Assembly (NCBI GenBank): GCA_963796275.1
Contig: CAWCKY010000003.1
Coordinates: 1,152,001 to 1,216,000 of the forward strand
Origin: an uncultured Acidobacteriota bacterium
GTDB lineage: Bacteria; Acidobacteriota; Blastocatellia; RBC074
Length of the DNA: 64,000 nucleotides
Direction of reading: 5' to 3'
Shown here piece by piece: positions 8,312 to 18,839 of the stretch (its first letter is position 1; each line of letters begins with the position of its first letter). The notes under the pieces were generated by a model. The model saw nothing but the letters and a program-made list of their open reading frames with translations. It was not told where the DNA came from and ran no database searches. The translations under genes and the position numbers were made by a program.

Positions 8312-11300
8312 ATGAGCGACTCTCAAATCAGCTTCTACGTTGTCGGCGGGACGCTGCCGTCGCGCGCCCCTTGTTATATACAGCGGCGCGCGGACCTGGA
8401 TTTGTACGAGGGTCTGAGGGAAGGAAGCTTTTGCTACGTGCTCACCTCGCGACAGATGGGCAAATCCAGCCTGATGATCCGCACTGCGGCGCGTTTGCGC
8501 GAAGAGGGTACGAACGTTGTGTTGCTAGACCTGGCGGCGGTCGGGCAGAACCTCAGCGCCGAGCAATGGTACGGCGGTCTCCTCATGCGGATGGGATCAC
8601 AGATGGGTCTGGTGGATGAGTTGCTGCGATTCTGGCAGGATCACCCATTGCTCGGCCCGATGCAACAATGGATGCAGGCGATACGCGAATTGGTATTGCC
8701 GCGCGTAACCGGGAGGATGGTGATCTTCGTGGACGAGATTGACGCGGTGCGGAGTCTGCCGTTTTCGACTGATGAGTTCTTCGCCGGGATTCGCGAATTC
8801 TACAACCGCCGCACTGAAGACTCGGAACTTCAGCGACTGACCTTCTGCCTGCTCGGAGTGGCATCGCCATCAGATCTGATCCGCGATACACGCACGACGC
8901 CGTTCAACATAGGGCAGCGGATTGAGCTGAATGATTTCACTGAGGCCGAAGCGGGGCCACTGGCCCAAGGGCTGAATCACAGTGAACGGCTCGGCGGGAA
9001 GCTGCTCAAGCGGGTTCTCTACTGGACGGGGGGGCATCCATACTTAACGCAGCGGTTCTGCCAGGCGATAGTTGAAGAGGCAAGGGAGGATACCACTGCC
9101 GAAGTTGATCGCCTGTGTCAGGAACTGTTTCTCTCACACCTTGCGCAGGGGCGAGACGACAATCTGCTGTTTGTCCGTGAACGAATGCTGCGCAGCGAGG
9201 TCGATCTGGCGGGCCTGCTCAGCCGCTACGCTCAGGTGCATGCAGGCAAGCGCATACGCGATGACCTGACCAATCCTTTGATCGGCGTCCTACGGTTGTC
9301 TGGAGTCACGCGGGCGGTTGGCGGCTACCTGGCGGTAAGGAATCGCATCTACGAGCGTGTCTTCGACCGAGAATGGTGTAACACGAATATGCCGGATGCT
9401 GAGCAGCGGCGACAATCGGCGGCCTACAGGCGGGGTATACGACGTGCCGCTGCCGTAGCCGCTTTGATCCTTATCCTTCTTTCCGGCTTATCAATTTACG
9501 CATTCAGGCAGCGCAACCGCGCCAATCAATATGCGAGGGAGCAAGGGCTAACGCTAACCAGATTACAGAGTGCTCTAGGCCAAGCGAAGCGGCAGGAAGA
9601 GGCAGCCATCGAGCACCGCAAGCTGGCGGAAGAGCAACGATGGGAAGCTGAACAGCAACGGCAGGTGGCAGAATGGCAGCGCGCCGAAGGCCAAACGCAA
9701 CGCAACCGAGCCGTGAGGGAAGAGCAATCCAATCGCAAGTTATTATATGCGGCGCATATGAATATGGCGCAACAGTCTTGGGAGATCGCTGATGTAAGAC
9801 ACGTCGAAGAGCTGTTGAATTCGTACCGCCCATATTCTGGGGGTGAGGACCTACGGGGCTTCGAGTGGTACTACTTGTGGCGTCTCTCGCATAGATTTTC
9901 ATCTACATTGCGCCACAATGGCGTTGTCCATTCAGTGGCCTTCTCGACCGACGGAAAGCAGCTGGCGACTGGGAGCAGTGATCGTACAGTCAAGCTATGG
10001 GACGCCGCTACCGGCCAGGAGACGCTCACACTCAAGGGGCATCCGAGCATTGTCACTTCTGTGGTCTTCTCCCCCGACGGAAAGTGGCTGGCGACCGCGA
10101 GTTGGGATAACACAGTCAAACTGTGGGACGCCGCTACCGGACAGGAGACGCTCACACTCAAGGGGCATTCGGACGAGGTCACTTCGGTGGCATTCTCGCC
10201 TGACGGGAAGCGGCTGGCGACCGGGAGTTGGGATAGCACAGTCAAACTGTGGGACGCCGCCACAGGCCAGGAGACGCACACCCTCAAGGGGCATTCGTAT
10301 CGGGTCACATCGGTGGCCTTCTCGCCCGACGGAAAGCGGCTGGCGACCGCGAGTTGGGATAACACAGTCAAACTGTGGGACACTGCTACCGGCCAGGAGA
10401 CGCTCACACTCAAGGGGCATTCGGGCTTGGTCACATCGGTGGCCTTCTCGCCCGATGGGAAGCGACTGGCAACCGGGAGTTGGGATAGCACAGTCAAACT
10501 GTGGGACGCCGCCACAGGCCAGGAGACGCTCACCCTCAAGGGGCATTCGGAAGAGGTCACATCGGTGACCTTCTCGCCCGACGGGAAGTGGCTGGCAACC
10601 GGGAGCGTTGATCGCACAGTCAAGCTGTGGGACGCAACAGGCCAGGAGACGCTCACACTCAAGGGGCATTCGTACCCGGTCGCTTCGGTGGCCTTCTCGC
10701 CCGACGGGAAGTGGCTGGCAACCGGGAGTAGTGATCGCACAGTCAAGCTGTGGGACGCAACAGGCCAGGAGACACTCACACTCAAGGGGCATTCGTACCC
10801 GGACGCTAATATGCTCATCTCTGGGAAGCGGCTGGCGACCAGGAGCGTAGATGGCACTGTCAAGCGGTGGGAGCTCACTGGCCAGGAGCTCACCCTCAAA
10901 GGGCATTCGGATCGATTCATTTCGGTGGCCTTCTCGCCCGACGGGAAGCGGCTGGCGACCGGAAGCTACCGCACAGTCAAGCTGTGGGACGCCGCCACCG
11001 GCCAGGAGACGCTCACCCTCAAAGGGCATTCGGAACAGGTCACATCGGTGGCCTTCTCGCCCGACGGGAAGCGGCTGGCGACCGCGAGTTGGGATCACAC
11101 AGTCAAGCTATGGGACGCCGCCACCGGCCAAGAGACGCTCACACTCAAGGGGCATCCGAGCATTGTCACTTCTGTGGCCTTCTCCCCCGACGGGAAGCGG
11201 CTGGCGACCAGAAGCTACCGCACGGTCAAGCTGTGGGACGTCGCTACCGGCCAGGAAACGCTCACCATCAAGGGGCATTCGGAACAGGTCACATCGATGG

Positions 11301-11866
11301 CCTTCTCGCCCGACGGGAAGCGGCTGGCGGTTGGGAGCAGTGATCCCACAGTCAAGCTGTGGGACACCGCCACCGGCCAGGAGACGCTTACCCTCAAGGG
11401 GCATTCGAGCTATGTCCCGTCGGTGGCCTTCTCGCCCGACGGGAAGCGGCTGGCGACCGCGAGTTGGGATCACACAGTCAAGCTGTGGGACGCCGCCACC
11501 GGCCAGGAGACGCTCACCCTCAAAGGGCATTCGGAACAGGTCACATCGGTGGCCTTCTCGCCCGACGGGAAGCGGCTGGCGACCGCGAGTTGGGATCACA
11601 CAGTCAAGCTGTGGGACGCCACCACCGGCCAGGAGATGCTTACCCTCAAAGGGCATTCGGAACGAGTCATTTCGGTAGCCTTCTCGCCCGATGGGAAGCG
11701 GCTGGCGACCGCGAGTTTTTCTGGCACAGTCAAGCTATGGGACGCCGCAACGGAACAGATCGGGATCACCGACGAAGTTTTGTCCCAACGGAATTATTCT
11801 ATTAGAAATAACTGTCATGAAACTCCTGGAAGCGTGTCAATCCGGTACAGGCTTGGGATACGGTAA
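8312..11866 (+). CDS. AAA_35 (STAND-like) ATPase - transmembrane helix - coiled coil - WD40 repeat protein
   Basis: TSRQMGKS Walker A, IFVDEID Walker B, TPFNIG, GGHPYL; TM AAAVAALILILLSGLSIYAF; 15 GH...WD repeats; true C-terminus may lie near 11795. Confidence 0.92.
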   Translation: MSDSQISFYVVGGTLPSRAPCYIQRRADLDLYEGLREGSFCYVLTSRQMGKSSLMIRTAARLREEGTNVVLLDLAAVGQNLSAEQWYGGLLMRMGSQMGLVDELLRFWQDHPLLGPMQQWMQAIRELVLPRVTGRMVIFVDEIDAVRSLPFSTDEFFAGIREFYNRRTEDSELQRLTFCLLGVASPSDLIRDTRTTPFNIGQRIELNDFTEAEAGPLAQGLNHSERLGGKLLKRVLYWTGGHPYLTQRFCQAIVEEAREDTTAEVDRLCQELFLSHLAQGRDDNLLFVRERMLRSEVDLAGLLSRYAQVHAGKRIRDDLTNPLIGVLRLSGVTRAVGGYLAVRNRIYERVFDREWCNTNMPDAEQRRQSAAYRRGIRRAAAVAALILILLSGLSIYAFRQRNRANQYAREQGLTLTRLQSALGQAKRQEEAAIEHRKLAEEQRWEAEQQRQVAEWQRAEGQTQRNRAVREEQSNRKLLYAAHMNMAQQSWEIADVRHVEELLNSYRPYSGGEDLRGFEWYYLWRLSHRFSSTLRHNGVVHSVAFSTDGKQLATGSSDRTVKLWDAATGQETLTLKGHPSIVTSVVFSPDGKWLATASWDNTVKLWDAATGQETLTLKGHSDEVTSVAFSPDGKRLATGSWDSTVKLWDAATGQETHTLKGHSYRVTSVAFSPDGKRLATASWDNTVKLWDTATGQETLTLKGHSGLVTSVAFSPDGKRLATGSWDSTVKLWDAATGQETLTLKGHSEEVTSVTFSPDGKWLATGSVDRTVKLWDATGQETLTLKGHSYPVASVAFSPDGKWLATGSSDRTVKLWDATGQETLTLKGHSYPDANMLISGKRLATRSVDGTVKRWELTGQELTLKGHSDRFISVAFSPDGKRLATGSYRTVKLWDAATGQETLTLKGHSEQVTSVAFSPDGKRLATASWDHTVKLWDAATGQETLTLKGHPSIVTSVAFSPDGKRLATRSYRTVKLWDVATGQETLTIKGHSEQVTSMAFSPDGKRLAVGSSDPTVKLWDTATGQETLTLKGHSSYVPSVAFSPDGKRLATASWDHTVKLWDAATGQETLTLKGHSEQVTSVAFSPDGKRLATASWDHTVKLWDATTGQEMLTLKGHSERVISVAFSPDGKRLATASFSGTVKLWDAATEQIGITDEVLSQRNYSIRNNCHETPGSVSIRYRLGIR
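9905..11755 (+). repeat. Tandem ~126-bp intragenic WD40 repeats (15 units, 8th degenerate)
   Basis: Near-identical DNA units such as TTCTCGCCCGACGGGAAGCGGCTGGCGACC...GGCCAGGAGACGCTCAC. Confidence 0.95.
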
Positions 11867-12985
11867 TAAGAGCTTTTCCGCAAACCACGTTCGCGAGATT
11901 GTGGAAAAGTTGAATCTATTCATTTGCGCATGTGTGAATCCTGACGGACGCCATTTCAGCCAGACGAGCGATCCGATGTGGCGCAAGAACCGCCGCCCAC
12001 ATTCGGGTGGTGGAAATTGTGTGGGCGTCGATTTCAATCGCAATTTCGATTTCCTTTGGGACCATTTGAGAAAGTTTGCCGGTGACTCTGTAGTGAGCGC
12101 TTCGGACGATCCCTGTAACAAGAATGTATATCGTGGCCCGTCACCCGCATCGGAGCCAGAGACAAGGAAGGTCGTCTGGCTGTTGGATACCTTCCCGCGA
12201 ATCCGGTGGCATGTGGATATGCATAGCGCTGTCCCGGTAATTTTGTACAGTTGGGGTAGTGACAAAACAATCAGACGACAGCCCCTGCTCAGACGTTTTT
12301 AAATAGTGCATTCGATGCGGTCCGGGGACGCGCAAACGATGCCGCGTATGGCGAGTACATTGCACAGAATGATCTCAGCATCGCCGCAACAGTGGCCAAG
12401 AACGTGAACGACGCCTTGAAAGCAGTTCGCGGCATCGACTATGGTGTTGAGCAGGCATTTGGCCTATATCCGACGTCCGGTGCAAGGGACGACTATGCAT
12501 TCGGCCGCTATTTTGCTGATCTCTCGAAAGCCAAGGTCTATGGTTTCACTATAGAGTGCGGCCAAAGCTTTCAACCAGCTTGGTCGGAGGCTGAAGAAGT
12601 TATCCGGGAAGTGTCAAGTGGTCTGATTGGCCTGTGCCTCGAAGCATCTTCCAGCGCGCCTATTCCGATTGTGGCGTCTGAAGGAACCGACATCGTGCTG
12701 GTCCGACAGACCGCAGGTTGGAACACGATCCCGATTGCGTTTTCCAATGAAGACGGCGGTTGGCGCATCACCAACGGCGGAGCGCCCGACTTCATTGCCA
12801 ACTGGGCCAGTCAGCCTGGAGTGAGATTAGTGACCGGTGACTTCAAAGACCATAAATACCGGGATACATTCATTGCGCCGCTACCCGGAGGAAGCGAAGC
12901 AAAACCGATTGCCCGAAGCTGCTGCCGATTGACAACCGGCAAAGTTTGTAGATTAACGCTACGAAAGGTATGTCACGAAAGGTAA
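11800..12985 (+). pseudogene. M14 zinc carboxypeptidase remnant with the start of an FG-GAP-like repeat; 5'-truncated and frameshifted
   Basis: CVNPDG, MWRKNRR, GVDFNRNF, YRGPSPASEPET, VDMHS, GFTIE; N-terminal HxxE ligands missing. Confidence 0.8.
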
Positions 12986-13395
12986 GTTGATGCGGCAAGA
13001 TCGATCTGCCTCGATATGATCGCCCCCGCTCGCCAATACTCTCTCCTCGGTGGCTGAGAATCACATCGGACCTGACTGATCCATCCTGAATTTTTCAAAG
13101 AGGCAAATTTCCATGTCATGGCTTGGCCCATTTCTCTCACTTGTCAGAGGATGGGGATTCCACTCCTGGTGACTTTAATGTGATTGAGGTTTGCCACCTA
13201 TCTGACAGACCATTGTATAAATAATTGTCTATACAATGGTTTATACATTGGATCTCGTATTTTGGCCGTGTAGGCGCCATCAGATGCGAACAGCGCACTC
13301 TTAGGAGATCGCCCTCATAAACATTACCGGCTGCTTGCCGATCTGCAAGCGCATGATGACGCAGGGCGTGTATTGAACGTAAGAAGAGAACAAAC

Positions 13396-14148
13396 ATGCA
13401 AGAGGAAGGTGCCTTGGTCCTTTACGGCCGCGGAGCCGGTCTCGGAAATTTTAAGTTTTTCGCCGATGATTTAGTTACTACTGAACTGACATCTATTAAG
13501 CGACAGAACATATTCATTAAGAAGGTCGGCGCCGCAAAGATTTTTTCGAGCTATTGAACAATCCGCCGTTCACTTTCAGGTTGAAGGAGTTCCACATCTA
13601 CGCTCATTCAATTGGAGGCGGTCTTTTTCTCGGTTACGGAGACCTGGGCATGCAACAAGCGCGATACACGGTTGCGGACCGGGCGAGAGATGGAACGGCA
13701 ACCTATCTCCGAGTGCTGAAGACGGAAATTGGCACTATCTTCACGGACGATCTGATAAGGTCTCCATACAAGGATTATCGCTCGACAATTCGCGCTAGCT
13801 TAAGCAATAACGCCAAAATCAAAATATGGGGATGTAATTCGGGCGTAGCTAATTGACTTATAGCGACGTAGACAGTAATGGGAGTTACGTCTATGATCCG
13901 AATGCCCCTGCGAGTTCCTATTACTGGCGGGCATTAAATGAACTCAACACACCCAAGCCAAGTATTGCTCAGGCGTTCGCTGATTACTTTCAGGTCCAAC
14001 CTACGGCGCGACCAGCGGTTCGAGTATCCAAGTCAAATATAAAGGGCGTTGGGTATCGTCAGCCAAGCTTAATCGTAAGGTAAATGAACAAGACGTGCTT
14101 CGCCTGGCGCCCGACAGAGGAGTTTATAATGAGTACATCCCACGGTAA
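13396..14148 (+). CDS. Caspase-like/DUF4347-like His-Cys protein, split by about three single-base frameshifts
   Basis: Reconstructed MQEEGALVLYG...FHIYAHSIGG...IKIWGCNSG...IAQAFADYF...YNEYIPR*; stop TAA overlaps the next ATG. Confidence 0.55.
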
Positions 14149-14893
14149 TGGCTTCCAAACTACTTTTTCTGATTTGATCGCACTCGTCTTAGTCATACTT
14201 TTGCAGAGCGCGTGTCTTGCTAGCCCACAGTCAAATACACAAAATGCCCAGGGCCAGGCGGTTACTACAAAACCGGTCGATTGCGCTTCGCCGACGCCAC
14301 CGGAAAATGTTGAAGCAATGCCGGAATGGGAAGGCAGCGATCTGCATAAAGCGATTTCTCGACAAGATGTGGCTGGACTTAAAAACCTGTTGAATCAAAA
14401 TGTGAACACAAACACAAAGGATAATTACGGAAATGCTCCGTTGTTTTATGCTTCCGGTCTGACCATCAAAGAACCGAATATGGAGATGGGCGAAGTTGCA
14501 CGTCGGGAAAGAGAACGTGAAAGAGAAAAAGAGGCGCAGTTTAAAACTACTGCGGTGGAAGAACTTTTGATGCACGGCGCAGATCCGAATCTTAGGGGGG
14601 CTCATAAAGCAACACCGTTGATTAAGGCGGCTTCGGGGGGATATGGACCCCGTCACACTGTTCAGATTTTGTCCTTGCTCATCGGATATCAGGCAGATGT
14701 TAATCTTCGTGACGAACGAGGGTATAGCGCGCTCATGACAGCGGCGCAGACCGGCAGCCCGGAAGTCGTAAATTTTCTGCTCGAGCACGATGCTGACGCC
14801 ACGCTGGCCAATTGCGATGGAAAAACGGCGATCCTGATCGCCCGGGCTTTAAATCACACGGAGGTCGTTCGTATATTACAAAGCGCGAAATAG
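14148..14893 (+). CDS. Exported ankyrin-repeat protein (likely start 14148 with a T-run indel; ORF track 14084-14893)
   Basis: Signal-like IALVLVILLQSAC; GADPNL, ATPLIKAA, GYSALMTAA, GKTA ankyrin motifs. Confidence 0.85.
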
Positions 14894-15307
14894 CGATCAT
14901 CAAGGCGAACAACAGATCACCATCGAAACCAGTGAGCCGGTCGGCGCCGGCGCTCTGCAACTCGCATCCGAGCAACAAGTCAAATCATCATTCATGGAAT
15001 CGGCGATATGCGCCTACCTCCCCATACGGCCCATACGGAAACGTACGCGTATTCGCCCAGAGTCCCGAAGCGATATTAAAATCTGGAGTATTAGTAATTC
15101 GGACGCGAGGCCGCAAAATCGAGTCTCGACAACCCAATCCCGCCGTATTAAATTCGAGAATTTGTTGACAATACTGAACTTGTTGCCAACCTTTTCCTTC
15201 ACAATTACTCTATAATTCACAAGCGTAGCAAAGCCCGACACTGCCAAAATCCTTCAGGCGTAAACATTTTTTCTTTAATTGTTAATATTTCGAGATAGAG
15301 AGCGTTT

Positions 15308-15922
15308 ATGGCTATGGAAGACGACGCAAAGGAGGAAATCGTGCCAGTAAACGCGACTCATATGAGAGCCATTCCGGATACAGAAATGAACCCAGTGCCC
15401 GGTTCAAGGTCGGAACTGGAGAGCTTATTTCGCCGGCATCACGAGCGTGTATTTCGAGCGGCATATCGAATCACGGGCAGTATCGTAGATGCTGAAGACG
15501 TATTGCAGACTGTTTTTTTGAGACTTTCGCGGCGCCAGGAAGATTTCAATTTAGAACCCAATCCGTCGAGTTATCTGCATAGAGCGGCGGTAAACGCCTC
15601 GCTCGATCTGATGCGGCAACGCGGCCGGACACAATCCATTCCCATCGAAGACATCGCGCCCGGTCTGGCTGCAAATCACAAGCTCGATCCCGAATCCCTG
15701 CGAGCGGACCGCGAACTCCGCACGGTTATTCGCCGTGCAGTCGCGAAGCTCGGAGAGAGATCGGCTGAAATGTTCGTGCTCAAATATTTCGAAGGGTATG
15801 AGAATAAGGAGATCGCCGAGATGATGGGGACATCTCCGCTCGTCGTCGGCGTCCTCCTTCATCGCTCCCGCGCCCGGGTCAAGAAATACCTTTCAGATTA
15901 TTGGGAGAGAGGCAGAGTTTAA
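15308..15922 (+). CDS. ECF sigma-70 factor
   Basis: [19 protein letters not shown]...[10 protein letters not shown]; [13 protein letters not shown] region 4. Confidence 0.92.
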   Translation: MAMEDDAKEEIVPVNATHMRAIPDTEMNPVPGSRSELESLFRRHHERVFRAAYRITGSIVDAEDVLQTVFLRLSRRQEDFNLEPNPSSYLHRAAVNASLDLMRQRGRTQSIPIEDIAPGLAANHKLDPESLRADRELRTVIRRAVAKLGERSAEMFVLKYFEGYENKEIAEMMGTSPLVVGVLLHRSRARVKKYLSDYWERGRV

Positions 15923-15924
15923 CC

Positions 15925-18621
15925 ATGAAACTAAGGGATATGAATAAAATGATCGACGATGTAACAGCAGGCATCCGCGACGAGCAACTCGATGCTGCGA
16001 CGATCGATGGCGCGGCGCAGCGCGCTTGGACGAGAATTTCGGGCGAGCATACGGCGGCGGAGGTCGGCGCGCCGCCGGTCGAACATATTCGCGGTTGTTC
16101 GGATTTTCAGGCTTTGATTCCAGCCTACCAGCAGGGAATTTTATCGAGCGCGCGTACCATGCTTCTTGAAGATCACGTACGCGAGTGCGTGCCCTGCCGC
16201 AAGGCGTTGAAAGCGGCCCGGGTCGGCAATCAGGCTGCGCTCCGGCTCGAAAGCCAAAAAGCCAGAGTGACGACCGATACCTATCGGATGGCCGTTTTAC
16301 GCTGGGGGGTAGCGGCCGTACTGGTAATCGGCCTGGGGATGATTGCGATGCCATGGGCGCGCCGGTTCATTAGTTCGATAGGCACGCTGCAGGCTGTCGT
16401 AGAGGCATCCAACGGCAGCGTTTATAAAGTCACCGACGAGCGAACGGAAGCGGTAAGAGCCGGCGAGAAGCTCAAGCGTGGCGAACGCCTCCGTACGGCA
16501 AATGATGCGACCGCGGTGGTCAAGTTGTCCGATGGTTCGTCGGTCGAAATGCGTGAACGCACGGAATTATCGATTTCCGACAATTCAGCGCAGGCCACGA
16601 TCAATCTTGAGCGGGGCAACATCATTGTGGAGGCCGCGAAGCAGCGAGGCCGCAAGCTGTTTGTGACCACCGATGACGCGCTGGTGTCAGTTACCGGCAC
16701 GATTTTCTCGGTCAACAACGGCACGAAGGGCGCGCGCGTTTCGGTGATTGAAGGCGCAGTCCACGTCGATCAGGGCGGTAAAAATCATCTATTGAACGCG
16801 GGGCAGCAGGCGACCACTCATCCGAGTATCGAACGAATTCCGGTGCAGGACGAGATCGCGTGGAGCAGGGAGAGGGAACGTTACATCAAGTTGCTCGAAC
16901 CGGTTCGCGGCCAGATCGACCAACAGGTGAGTATGCCGGGTAATCGCTACTCGACCCGGCTGCTCGACCTGATGCCGGAGAACACCCTGCTTTATGTGGC
17001 TATTCCTAACATCAGCCGGACGCTCGCCGAAGCCAATCGCATCTTGCAGGAGAATGTGCAGCAGAATCCCGAACTGCGCGAGTGGTGGGAGAAAGATCGC
17101 TCTGACAACCGGAAGAATCTGCGTCAAGCGATCGATCTGGCGCGCGAGTTGGGCGGCTATCTAGGTGACGAAATCGTCGTGAGCATAGAAGCCGGGGCAA
17201 ACGGGGCGAATGGTGCAAACCGGGCAAACGGCGCAAACGGCGCAAGAGGGCCAAATGGCGTGGAAGAGCCGATGGTCATCGCCGAATTACGCGATGCCGG
17301 CGGGTTCCGCATCTTCCTCGAGAACCAGTTGGCGCAGCTGAGCGCGGATGGGAAGAAGATTCGGATTGTCGACGATTCGTCGCTGGCCGAGTTATCGGAT
17401 ACGAAAGGAGAGCTCCTCGTCTGGATCGCCGACGATCTGGTTGCAGTCTCGTCGAGGCCTGCCGCCTTGAGACAATTGTCGGCACGGTCGCAACAAAGTG
17501 TTAAGTTATTTACAACGACCCCGTTTTACTCACAGATCAATGGCCTTTACCGTGAAGGCGCGGGATTGGTGATCGCCGCTGACCTGGAGCGGATGGTGGC
17601 GCAGTCTTTAAGGAAAGACCTGGAAAAGAGTGCCGCCCAACAGCTCGGTGTGACCGATCTGCGATACTTCATCGTCGAGGTGAAGGAGAAAGACGGCAAA
17701 CCGTTCAACCGCGCATCCGTAAGCTTTCGGGAGAATCAGCACGGAGTAGGTTCCTGGCTGGCGCAGCCCGGGCCGATGGGCGCTCTCGAATTCATCTCGC
17801 CTGACGCGAACGTCGTGGCGGCTTTCGTAGTGAAGGAGCCGGCGGGGCTGGTCGACGACCTGTTCAATACATTGAAGGCGGTCGATGACGCCTCGTGGCA
17901 GAAGCTGCAGAAGTTCCAGGCGGACCAGGGGGTCGACCTGCGCAATGATTTCGCCGTGCCGTTGGGAGGCGAGTATGCCTTCGCAATCGATGGCCCATTG
18001 TTGCCGGTGCCTTCGTGGAAGGCCGTCTTCGAAGTCGACGACCCCGTCCATCTGCAGCAGACCCTCGAGCGGACTATCGAAAGAGCGAACATGGAGCTGA
18101 CGAAGGATGGCAAACGAGGGTTCGCCTGGTCGCAGACTGAGAGCGGCGGAAAGCGTTTCTACACGCTCAAATCGCTCGATTTCCCGGTTGTTGAAGTCAA
18201 TTACGCGTACGTTTACGGGTATCTGGTCGCGGCGCCCAGCCGCGCGCTGGTCGAGAACGCTATTAGTTATCGCGAATCGGGATACACGCTGCTGCAGTCG
18301 TCCAAGTTCAGAGCTACGCTGCCAGAGGACAAGCAGGCCAACTTCTCGGCGATGGTTTATCAGAATATTGGCTCGCTTATTTCTCCGATTGCGAGGAGCG
18401 TCGGCAAGGCCGCGACCAAACGCGCGCCCGGGAAGGCGGGTGAGGCCTTCGAGCAGCTGCTCGGCGATAAGGCCGGCCTGGCCTATGTCTACGCGCTCAA
18501 TGACAGGATGGTCATATCGGTGAATACCGAAGATGGGCCGCTCGGATTGAGCGCGTCTGATCTGCTCGGGCTGCCCGGATCATCAGGTTTGGGGCACATC
18601 ATCAGAGAAGCTACGAAATAG
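15925..18621 (+). CDS. Zinc-finger anti-sigma (HxxxCxxC) - TM - FecR domain - large C-terminal (DUF3352-like) protein
   Basis: [13 protein letters not shown] helix, LSDGSSVEM...[10 protein letters not shown]...[10 protein letters not shown]. Confidence 0.85.
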   Translation: MKLRDMNKMIDDVTAGIRDEQLDAATIDGAAQRAWTRISGEHTAAEVGAPPVEHIRGCSDFQALIPAYQQGILSSARTMLLEDHVRECVPCRKALKAARVGNQAALRLESQKARVTTDTYRMAVLRWGVAAVLVIGLGMIAMPWARRFISSIGTLQAVVEASNGSVYKVTDERTEAVRAGEKLKRGERLRTANDATAVVKLSDGSSVEMRERTELSISDNSAQATINLERGNIIVEAAKQRGRKLFVTTDDALVSVTGTIFSVNNGTKGARVSVIEGAVHVDQGGKNHLLNAGQQATTHPSIERIPVQDEIAWSRERERYIKLLEPVRGQIDQQVSMPGNRYSTRLLDLMPENTLLYVAIPNISRTLAEANRILQENVQQNPELREWWEKDRSDNRKNLRQAIDLARELGGYLGDEIVVSIEAGANGANGANRANGANGARGPNGVEEPMVIAELRDAGGFRIFLENQLAQLSADGKKIRIVDDSSLAELSDTKGELLVWIADDLVAVSSRPAALRQLSARSQQSVKLFTTTPFYSQINGLYREGAGLVIAADLERMVAQSLRKDLEKSAAQQLGVTDLRYFIVEVKEKDGKPFNRASVSFRENQHGVGSWLAQPGPMGALEFISPDANVVAAFVVKEPAGLVDDLFNTLKAVDDASWQKLQKFQADQGVDLRNDFAVPLGGEYAFAIDGPLLPVPSWKAVFEVDDPVHLQQTLERTIERANMELTKDGKRGFAWSQTESGGKRFYTLKSLDFPVVEVNYAYVYGYLVAAPSRALVENAISYRESGYTLLQSSKFRATLPEDKQANFSAMVYQNIGSLISPIARSVGKAATKRAPGKAGEAFEQLLGDKAGLAYVYALNDRMVISVNTEDGPLGLSASDLLGLPGSSGLGHIIREATK

Positions 18622-18638
18622 AGCACAAAAAGGCATCT

Positions 18639-18706
18639 AAAAGCACAAAAAGACGAAACATTGGGGAATTACCGATTCCCCGATGTCTCGGTCTTTTTGT
18701 GCTTTT
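18639..18706 (+). terminator. Long hairpin ending in a T-run after the FecR gene
   Basis: AAAAGCACAAAAAGAC...GTCTTTTTGTGCTTTT enclosing GGGGAAT/ATTCCCC. Confidence 0.6.
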
Positions 18707-18839
18707 TTGTTCCCAATAGTGCGTTCATGATCTCCGTAAATTACGCCAATCGGTTGAAACTTAGTTTCACCGGTTGGCGTAACCGTTTATGCTTTTCAAG
18801 AACTTTGTCAAAAAATAAAAAACGTCGGGAGGCGAGGAA

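Noticed and set aside
9905-11755. CRISPR array or DGR template/variable repeats
   Set aside because: Repeats are in-frame coding units without unique spacers; no cas or reverse transcriptase gene in the window; differences are not evidently adenine-specific
9843-11805. Long alternative-frame and antisense ORFs over the WD40 array
   Set aside because: Shadows of stop-free tandem repeats; no independent coding signal
14894-15300. Short ORFs between the ankyrin and ECF genes
   Set aside because: No RBS, no motif and mutually overlapping; probably non-coding
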